Shown here: in pieces, positions 52,001 through 64,000 of the stretch | Layout of the letters: each line of letters opens with the position of its first letter | Numbering within the stretch: position 1 is the first letter of the stretch | DNA from: Reclinomonas americana ATCC 50394 | Lineage: Eukaryota | Assembly (NCBI GenBank): GCA_048213135.1 | Contig: PS015252.1 | Coordinates: 64,233-128,232, forward strand | Direction: 5' to 3' | DNA length: 64,000 bases | The notes under the pieces: generated by a model | What the model was told of the DNA's origin: nothing | Seen by the model: the letters and a program-made list of their open reading frames with translations, nothing else | Database searches by the model: none | Position numbers and translations under genes: made by a program

Positions 52001-52440
52001 TGCATTTCCATGCATGAAACGTTAACGGGACACCCAGATGCACTTGTTCAGTGATCGGCATGCAACGAGCAGAGAGGGAGAGCGCGGTGGGTGGTCTGGC
52101 GAGAGCGTGAACGCAACGTCATGTCGGCTGTGTCAACAGAAGCGCGCGCCCTGACTCTTGGGGTGCTGCCTGGGAGATGTCCGCCACCCTGCAGCTGTGA
52201 AGCTCGCGATCGAGCGCGTTCCACATTTATACGCGGAATTGTTGGTGAGGTTTGCTGCGCTGCTGCAGCACTAGATAGTGGTGCTGGAACCACAGCGAAC
52301 TCAGTTGGCGACAATCCGGTGTCATGCACTGCAGTCACGACCAGCGGCGCCGGCGGTTCCGGTGCCGAAACCCTGTATCTCTTCAGTCGCTCTTCACGAA
52401 TCTGCTGGCTGTTTCTTGCGTCAACATGAGCACTGCCCAT
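34078..52440 (-). CDS. Giant multi-exon protein (several thousand aa) with AAA+/P-loop NTPase module and C-terminal GATase/GIFT-like domain
   Basis: Continuous chain of minus-strand exons separated by short introns from ATG 52440 (GCAACCATGG). Walker A FLIITPPGAGKT (about 38940-38975), TVRIDGS, Walker B TLLIIDEFHL (about 38590-38618), sensor-1-like VVLIANR. C-terminal NDLGRDRRFGEFTVL..FHLRGGGLMICADNRPY..LFEGDTIS..GRILFDSGLTKL..GTARYVGNALVWL. Not every junction was resolved; could be more than one gene. Confidence 0.6.
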
Positions 52441-52690
52441 GGTTGCGCACTCGCTGCGCTCTCCCGTGTGCAGAAGAAAAAATCAGTGATGGAGACGCCA
52501 CAAGTTGTCAGACCGACAAGAAAAAGGCGGACGCGACATGCGACGATGCATTTGACAATTTTCTTGACCGCGTCGTCTCGCGTGGCACAGGCACTCTTCG
52601 AGTCGCGGGTGCCGGACATTAGTGAATCCAGCCACACGCACACTGTTTGCTGCTGTCCAGCCCTGCAACTGGCACGAGTCGTCGACCACA

Positions 52691-54730
52691 ATGGACGAGC
52701 CACACGCGGTAGCGGCGGCGCGCAGCATGCTGTCAGTGCCGCCTCGCCCAAACCCACCTTCTGGATCCAGTGGTGTGTGTATGTGTATGTGAATGTGTGT
52801 ATACTGTGTGCGGGAGAGAGAGAAAGCGTGCGTGTCCAGTCGTGTCCACGCCACTGACGACGATAATGACGACGATGAGCAGCAGGCATGAATGCTTCGC
52901 AGGCTGGCGGGGGCTATCGAGCGCGGACAGACGTCTTTGGTGCAACTCCTAGCGGACAGCAGGTGCCTGGAGCACGTCCTTCGCCTCCTGCTGCGACGAC
53001 TCCCAGTTGGCAGCAGCTGCCTGGAGCACGCCCCTCGCCTCCAGCTGCCACCACAACCAGTGCACGACCGCCGATGCCGACAGCATGGGTCCCAGGCAGC
53101 ATCCCCCTCTACAACGCACAAGGTGCCTTCATTGGATACGAAGCGCCACCGCCACCGCCACCACCGCCACCGCGCCCACCGAGTCCACCACCCGCTCCAC
53201 AGCAGCAGCAGCAGCAGCAGCAGCCGTTCTTGCCTGTGTACCAAACAACACCAACGCCTCATGGTGGCGCAACATCCGCGGCCGCGCAGCAGCTGCCATC
53301 GTCAGCAGCTGCACCGCAGCCAGTTGTGGTACCACCACGACCAACCCAAGCACAGCATTCATCGCCAGATGTCCCTCCTCGAGCAGCAAGCACAAGACCG
53401 CCTCCACCACCGCCACCACCAGTGGTACAACGAGCAGCCCCTGCACCGGTCGTCGCCAGCAATGCAACGCTACCTCCACCACCGCAACGAGCACAGCCGA
53501 TAAGGGTAGCGGCGGCGCCGAGTGCCGTCTCTTCACAGGCAAGTTATTCTTCAGAGCAAAACTGGCGCTTCTTCGAGTACTCATCACCAACTTTGCAGGT
53601 GCCTCAACCGCAATCAGCGGCTGCCCCACAAGCACCGCCACTACCACCACCCGAGCCACTGGAGAGCTTGATCCGGTTCGACTCCTCGCTGACGTGCCAA
53701 GTGTGCTCGGACACCGGCCTTGAGATGTGCTATGCGCTGCCGTGTAGCCACGGAATCTGCAAGGACTGGTCAGTGTGTGGCGGTCCTTCTTAAGATCTTG
53801 GTATTACGTGCACGTATGGAAGGCGCTGATCGTGATGAATTCAGTCTGCTGGAGACTGTGCGCAGTCACGTGACCAGTCGAACTGAGCCGCTGACATGCA
53901 TGCAAACGGGATGCCGGCAAGGTACTGGTTGCCCTATCACTTTGCGTTCATGAATTCAACAATCAGTGGTTGTTTACCTCAACATGCGCCTTCATAGTAG
54001 ACATTCCTGTTGACATTATCTGCGACGCGTGCTCGACTGAACCGGAACAGTTTGTCTTGTACGAAAACATGCTAAACGAGTACTTTATAAGGAGTGCAGC
54101 TCGCACGCGACAGTGTCCTGGTGTAAGTGCCCCGTTACCACCTGTCACCGCAATCGCAACGTTCTGAGAGACGATGTTTCTCGTTTCCGCTCTATGTGTT
54201 AGTGTGGCATGTGGTGTGAGCTGGTGAGGGTTCGCAACGGCCGCACTGACTATGACATGAGGTGCACGTGTGGAGCACATTTCTGTTTCCGGTGTTGTTC
54301 TCCATGGAGCAACGGCGGGTGCTCAAACGCAAGCTGCGTGACGCCAAGTCAGATTCTTCTCGCCGCCCCGATGATCGTGAGTTGTGGTGGATCTTGATCA
54401 AGCAGCGTGATGCTTGTGCAACTCACTGGTCTACGCGCAGACAATCCCACCCAATCCCGAGCAACTGCCGAAAATGCGGGCATGTCCTCGCTGCTTCTCC
54501 ATACAAGGTAAGCGAAGATCTGGTGCATCGTGTTCTCGATTGCCGTCGGAATATCCTGCGCTAACACTTTCACAGAACACGACAAGGGTTGCAAGCACAT
54601 GAGATGCCACTCGTGTCGCACCGAGTACTGCATGCGATGTCTCGCGGTGAAAGGACCCTCTGGATGGCCATGCGGTTCGTTCAACCACCCGTGCCCAGTT
54701 GCCCCTGTTCAAAATGTACCAGATGCGTGA
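52691..54730 (+). CDS. RBR (RING1-IBR-RING2) E3 ubiquitin ligase with long Pro/Gln-rich N-terminus
   Basis: RING1 CQVC..PCSHGICKDC..CMQTGC; IBR QCPGCGMWC..MRCTCGAHFCFRC; RING2 RACPRCFSIQEHDKGCKHMRCHSCRTEYCMRCL with the catalytic Cys in GCxHM; stop 54730. Start is either 52691 (spliced) or 52888. Confidence 0.9.
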
Positions 54731-54809
54731 TGGGTAATAATGTCAGTGAATGACTCCAAAGAAATCGTCACTGCTGTGCATATGCAAAACAGCAAAACAC
54801 CATACACTG

Positions 54810-57007
54810 TCAACCGTGCCCATCTCCGTCTCTTCTCCCTCTTCTTCTTCTCTCCGCTCCCCCATCACCGTCACCACCACCATCACCACCATCATCGACA
54901 TCATCACCGTCGCTGGGTGGCGGCGGCGAGGGTTTCGACTTGGTCGGTGACCCGTCGACTTTCAGCTCCTTGTGATCCTGAATGAACGAGACGCGGCGCA
55001 CGCGGAAACTGCCACTGCCCGTCACAGAGCCCGGAGCGCGCACATTATTGGCACTGCCGCTGCGACTCCGCCGCAGACCCGAGTCCAGCGAGCGGAACGC
55101 CGCGTCATGTGGCGAGTCCGCAGCAGCTGCTGCTGCTGATGCCGTACCGCCTCCATTCGCTGGTGGCGATCGGGAGCGAGTGGCCATGGCCGACGGCGGC
55201 AGCGCACTGACCGGCATCTGGAACTGCACAGAGGACGGGTCGCCCTGAATGCTTGTGGCCGCCGTCGAGGCGACGGCGGCACCACCACCACCGCCGCCGC
55301 CGCGCAGGTCAGGTGCGGATCCATAGTGTCCGTGACCCGAGGAGCGCATAAGAGGAGCGCGGTCGCCAGCTGCAGTGGGAGAAAAGGGTGAGGGAAAGGG
55401 GGAGAGGGAGGAAAGGGTGAGGGTGACGAGGAAAAGCGTCATCGCGAAGAGGGCAACAGGGAGGTGCCATTGGGAAGAGGGTGCGGCGACAGGCTACAGA
55501 GTGGGCGACGAATGGAAGCATAATCAGAGAAAGGGGATCATTGTTGAAGACTGAGAAGGGGCATGAGAAGGCAACGGGTGGATACATCGTCGGATAAGAG
55601 AGGGCGATTGCCAAACGCACAGAGAGCAAGACAAACAAACACCAATAGACAGACTAATAGACAAATAGACGACCAAGGAATATGAGGACGAAGAAAACGA
55701 AGCTGGAAAGCGACGATGGTGTGATTGACGACGATAGAAAGAGAGACCGCAATGTTGTGACGTTTACAGTAGCACAGAAGGGAGAGAATGTGTGACGACC
55801 AGGCTAAAGAAACGAGCTACCGTTGTGGAAGCGGAAGCGAAGCGACAAGACGAGGTAATGTCTGTGCAAAAAGAAAAAAGGAAACAAAAGCACGGCATGG
55901 CTGCGACAGAGTGAGCAGACACGTAGAAGGCCACTGAGATGAGGGCGTTGTGACGAAGACCGGGCAGCAGTTGATGTAACAATGAACGCAAGAGTACGAC
56001 CGCTTCTCACCCCAATACCCCTTTTCGGTTTCTATTCCTTTCTTCTTCCCTCTCCCCCTCCCTCCCTCTCTCCCATCCCTCCTCTCCCCCCNNNNNNNNN
56101 NNNNNNNNNNNNNNNNNNNNNNNNNNNNNNNNNNNNNNNNNNNNNNNNNNNNNNNNNNNNNNNNNNNNNNNNNNNNNNNNNNNNNNNNNNNNNNNNNNNN
56201 NNNNNNNNNNNNNNNNNNNNNNNNNNNNNNNNNNNNNNNNNNNNNNNNNNNNNNNNNNNNNNNNNNNNNNNNNNNNNNNNNNNNNNNNNNNNNNNNNNNN
56301 NNNNNNNNNNNNNNNNNNNNNNNNNNNNNNNNNNNNNNNNNNNNTCCACAGTACCACGCACATGGGAATGCACAGCAGCGGCAACAGCAGGATCATAAAG
56401 CAGAACCAGTACACAATCGTCCAGCACACGTTCCCGTCGTCGCACCCAGGCGGACTGCATGAGAGAGAAAGTCAGTCACATGTCTCTCTCTCACTCTGTC
56501 TCTCACTCTTTCTCTCTCACACACTCTTTCTCTCTCTCTCTCTCTCACGCACACACTCACTCACACACACACACACACTCACTCTCCCTCTCTCTCTCGC
56601 TCACTCTGTCTCTCTGTCGCATAATGTTCGCACGCACGTTGAGCTTAGGATCTGTGTGGCGAATCGACTGGAGATGGAGGTCAGCTCGTCCAAGTAGCCA
56701 AGGTACTCCTCCTCACTTAGTCTCTGCACACAGAGAGACATAGACATGCATGTGTGAGAATTCTCCGATGAGTGACTTTTTTTCCCGCGCACGCTCTCTT
56801 GCACACACGCACACGTGTGTGCGTGTGCGTGTCTCTCTCTCCCTGTGTGAGTGCGCGCGCAACAAACTGCTTGAGAGTGGGTGGGATCTCTCGTGACCAG
56901 CCTTGCACGGGTGGCACTCCTGCGGCCAGGCGATCGGCCAACACTGGTGCCACCACTATCGTGTGTCTGGTGTGATTGGGAAGCACCCACAGGCCTTCAC
57001 CAATCAT
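54810..57007 (-). CDS. Erf4/Golgin-A7/CHIC-like cysteine-rich membrane protein with disordered C-terminus
   Basis: WSREIPPTLKQ|RLSEEEYLGYLDELTSISSRF followed by hydrophobic VCWTIVYWFCFMILLLPLLCIPMCVVLW; last exon about 54810-55372. Gap at 56092-56343; start uncertain. Confidence 0.45.
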
Positions 57008-57053
57008 TGCGAGAAAGAGAGAGACACAGCGTGTGTGTCATGTGTCCCGATAT

Positions 57054-60000
57054 TTACACTGTGAGTGACAAGCCGAAGCTGCGGGCGAGTGCGGGAGCGG
57101 AGACGGACATGCTGCGCGCGAGTGAGTGGATGGCGTGGTCGACGGCGCCTTGCCAGAGAGCGGCGAGGTCTTCTTTGGCCAGCAGGCAGGGCTGGAAGGG
57201 CGGACGTGGTGCCACGGGAATGCGGGTTCGGTCGCTGCGTGAGGGCGCGCGAGGTGAGTCTGCGTGCGGAGAGGGGGCGCTGGGGAGTGGCTTGCAGACC
57301 GCAGGATGAAAGAGACGCGGAGACCCGAGGCGGCGGCCCTGGCGGCCTCGGCTTCACGCAGTTCCTGTATGTGCGCGTGTGTTCGGAATTGAGCGTTTGT
57401 ATGAGGTGGGGAAGAGGGGAGCTTCCCGCACCTGCAGCTTGCGGTGGTACTCGCGCAGAGCCACGATGTAGTTGTACTGTGCCTCGGCCCATGTTCTCCG
57501 ATGCGCGACTTGCCGTTCGCGGATGAGTGCGTCGGCCATGGGGAATTCACTGTACGCTGGTGAGAGAGAAAACCGTGCTGGGCGACTGCGCACACACCAC
57601 GCAACTGCTCGAGAAAGGGAACCAGCGGCGTAANNNNNNNNNNNNNNNNNNNNGAGGAGGAGGAGAAGAAGAAGAAGAAGAAGGACGAGCGTGAGGAGAA
57701 GGAGGTGGAGGAAAAGGAAAAGGAGGAGGTGGCGATGGTGAAAAAGGAGATGGGGGGCGGTGATTATGGTGGTGGAGGGAGAGGAGGGAGAGGAAACAGA
57801 GGAGGAGGCGAAAAAAGAAGAAGAACAGCAGCAGCAACTACAACAAAAACAACAACAACAAGAAAAGCAAAAAACAACAAGAAGAACGAAAGTGGTGGAG
57901 AAGGATGGAGAAAAGAAAGAAGCAGAGAAGAAAAGAAGAGGAGGAGGGGGAGGAGGAGAACAGCAACAATAATAACAGCAGCGCCCAGACAAAAGGAACC
58001 AGGAGGGGGAAGAGGAGAAGGAGGAGGAAAGAAAGAAAAGGCTGAGAGGGCGCAAAGTATTGGTGATCGACGAAACTTAGAGAGGCCACGTGGTGCGTTT
58101 CTTCGCGAATGTGTCGTTGGAGGTGCTCCTTGACGAGGTGGTCGCGCAGTACATCGCAGGCGAAGCGTTTTCTCCGAATGCGGCGACCCACCGACATGCA
58201 CAGAATGTACCTTTGAGAGAAACGGTCAGTGCCGAATCGAGACAGAGATGTTGGCTTTTTTCCGAACCTCCTGAGGGTGAGCGCCAGCCGACGCACTCGT
58301 GAGTACTTGCGCAGGCGTATAATGGGGACAAAGAGGCGCTGCAAGGTGGTGGCAGCCTCTGTTCGCATGCGCTGCCGGCGCGTCTCCTTCAGGACGGAGA
58401 CCAGCGTCTGCATGCGACCGCACTGCGCCGACAAGAACAGCCACTGCATGATCCATTGGTGACCGAGCTCGACGGTCTTCGCACGCTTCTTGCGCATCTT
58501 GGCGGCCACCTTGAGAGGGAGAAGGGAGTCAGAGAAGTAAAGAGAGACAGAGGAAGGTGGTGACGAAACGCACCCGTTTCTCTTCGGCGAGATCCTGAAT
58601 AACGGCGACGGTGCGCTCCCACTTGCCCAGGTTGTGCCGGTAGCGCTCCTCGGCGATGTCGTGGGCGCGCTGCAAGGTGTTGGGGACCTTGGCCAGCTGG
58701 CGCTCCACCTGCCCGGAGAGGAGAGAAGGGGAAGGAGAAGAGGGAGGAGAAGAAGGAAGTGAGGGAGGGGAGAAGGACAGGAAAGGCGAGAGGAGGAGAA
58801 GATGAAGAGATGAGATGAGCACGTGGAGCGAGAGGGAAAAACTTGGGTGGGGGAAATGACGGACATGACAGACGAGTCGGCTAAGTGGAAAGAGAGTGCG
58901 TTGTGAATGAAAGCGGGAAGATAGATATCCAAAGAAGAGAAGAGAGAGAGGAAACCGAGTGCAATGAATAGCCTGTTTCCCGCTGTTCTTCATCACGTCT
59001 GAAGGAAGAGAACAAGGAAAAACTAGAGGGCGAATGCCGTTTCCGTACTGCCGCCTTCTTCTATCTCCCTCTTCGCTGCTGCATGCATCACCCTCGTCCC
59101 GTCCTCGTTTGTCTCTGTTGTCTACTCCTCCACTTCTTCCTTTCCGTTCTCGGTTTCGCTTGCTGTTCGTCTCTTTTCCTCTCCAAAATATCCTCCTCCT
59201 CCTCTTCTTTGTTCTGTGCTCCTCAACTTCATCCTTTCCATTCTCGGTTTCTTCTCCTTCGCTCTGCTATTATCTCCTTTCCCCTCTATTCCTCTCCAAA
59301 TCACACCTTCTCCTCTTCTTTGATCTGCTCCTCCGTTTCTTCCTTTCCGCTCTCGGTTTCATCTCGCTTGCAGTTCTGTTCTCCATTCGTCTTACTCCTC
59401 TCCGCATCACCCTCCTCTCGTGCTCTGCTTTCCATCCCTTTCCTCTCTCCCTTCCCCTCCGCCCCTTGCCCCTTCTCCCCCACACTCACCGTCTCCTTTT
59501 TCTGCTGCACCCACTGCTCGGGATTGGCGTTCTTCATCTGCTGCCGATTGCGTCGAATGATGTGCACACCGGCGTGATTGGACTGCTCCAGAGCTCGTCG
59601 CTCGGCCAGGTACACATCTACGCGGGCGTGTGAGGGAACACGAAGAATTCTCTCACGACGAAGCAATCGCCACCGCACCTGTGCGCTCAAACAGACCGCG
59701 TCGATTGGTGGGATTGGCGGAGAGGGAGCGCAGTTGCGCCTTCAGTCGCTTCTTGGCCTCCACCGCCGACGCACCGCGGCGGTCGGCGTCGTGGTGCGCC
59801 TCGCTCGGCTGGTACACTTTTCTCTCGACGGCGCTCGGCGACGTGGAGCCGGGCGCCATGTTGCCACTCGACGGTGGTCTCTGATGGCCCGGACTGCGCG
59901 TGGGCGACAGCACGAGGTTGTTGGAGGGCGGGTGGCCGGCCAGCACGCTCCGCGACTCCTCTGCACGTGAGACACGCAGGGAATGAGTGAGGGATGAGTG

Positions 60001-60833
60001 TGCGGCTGGTTTCTTGTCGCGCACACACCGAGCATGGTCGTGCACATGGCTGTGAAATCGTCGGCCGCAGAACCGCGGCGACGGTGGTGTTGGAGGTGAT
60101 GGTGGCTGGGGCTGTGGTGGAGGTGACCACCACCACCACTCACACGCAACGAATGAACACTGTTGCGTCGTCGATCGCGATCGGCGAAGCTGCTGTTGGC
60201 CGGGCTGGCCACCGGATCCGCATTCTCGGTCAGCAAATCATTCATCCACTCTGCGTCCTCGTTCACACGCTGACTGAGGCCGCTGACGCCTCGCGTCTGA
60301 TCAAGCACATCGCGCCACAAAAACTTGCGCCCCTCCCCACCCAAATCCACCATGCTCGCATCGATCCGCGACACACGATGACCGAAATACGCCGGCGCCG
60401 CCGACAGCGGACGCTTCTTCTTCGTCGCCTCCGCCTCTCCACGCACACCCGCCTCCGCACGCGCAGTCGCACGCGCCGTCACATCCGGCGTGAACCCCAA
60501 ACTCACTCGCTGCGTCGTCGCAGACGACTGCGGCACCGGCAACGGGTACTTGATCGCCGGTGGCGGCGGCCGACGAAACAGCTCCTCCGGACGCTCATCC
60601 ACCGGCGACACCGATCGCCTCTGCTGCGTTGGTGAACTGGCCACCGCCACTGCCGCATGCCGAAACAAGCCCGCCGACGACGATCGTCGCCTCCGCAAAT
60701 GTAGCCGTTTCACCTCTTCATCATCGGCATCGTCGACGAGAAAGCTACTTGCGGCAGTGGTGTTCACGGATCGAGAGGAGGCAGCGGCAGTAACGACAGA
60801 TCGCCCCGACACTGGGCGTTGCGCGCGTGACAT
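57054..60833 (-). CDS. Uncharacterised protein with basic helical/IQ-like segment
   Basis: Spliced exons from ATG 60833 (MSRAQRPVSG..) including AATTLQRLFVPIIRLRKYSR (IQ-like) and YSEFPMADALIRERQ. Frame of the last exon and the stop are uncertain. Confidence 0.55.
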
Positions 60834-60918
60834 CCACCCGAGGTATGTAACGCCTAAAAAGCGCGCGCGCGTAAGGGCCAATTACAAGCGCAGCGAGCAT
60901 TGTGATTGTGTTCAGCAA
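60834..60918. promoter_or_regulatory. Putative 85 bp bidirectional promoter interval with AAAAA(GC)5 core
   Basis: Divergent ATGs at 60833 (-) and 60919 (+). Confidence 0.5.
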
Positions 60919-63687
<2,769 letters not shown>

Positions 63688-63936
63688 GTTGCGCACCTGT
63701 GCTTGTATCTCACAAACTCTGTCTCTTTCCACTCACTTATTCACTGCACTTTATGGAGCATTCTTTCTTGTACCCGCAAATGCACTGCTCACTCACAACT
63801 CATTATGTTGAACACTTACTCACTCTCTCCAGCTCTTTCCTCACTCACTCCACGCACTCTATGGATTATTCATAAGCTCGCATACGCACCGTGCACTCAA
63901 GCATGCACCTGCCCCTCTGCCCCTCTGCCCCTCTGC

Positions 63937-64000
<64 letters not shown>

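Overview
Draft-quality (N-gapped) nuclear DNA of an intron-rich, probably flagellated microbial eukaryote, read in the standard genetic code. Gene models were built by walking GT/GC-AG introns by hand. In order: a partial clathrin heavy chain (+); a ZNHIT2-like HIT zinc finger (-) head-to-head with crooked-neck/CRNKL1 (+); axonemal dynein light chain DNAL4 (-); a 5'-truncated non-LTR retroelement fragment; IFT140 (-, about 30 introns, two microexons); a possible hAT remnant; a CUE-domain gene (-). Next comes a compositionally distinct accessory block (about 29.3-54.7 kb) with a TRAF-like RING-ZnF-coiled-coil-VWA module, a near-identical second VWA copy, a giant multi-exon AAA+/P-loop protein with a C-terminal GATase/GIFT-like domain, and a divergently transcribed RBR E3 ligase. 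The window ends with an Erf4/Golgin-A7-like membrane protein (-), an uncharacterised IQ-like protein (-) and a GH3-family gene (+). Most notable: (1) about a third of IFT140 introns, and introns in most other genes, use a +1-shifted 5' splice site (GTTGCGT/GTTGAGT/GTTTCGT) tied to a non-G exon end; (2) a clustered ubiquitin/AAA+ immunity-like locus; (3) long introns with GA-rich 5' arms and CT-rich 3' arms. Exon boundaries in the accessory block are approximate and no database searches were possible.
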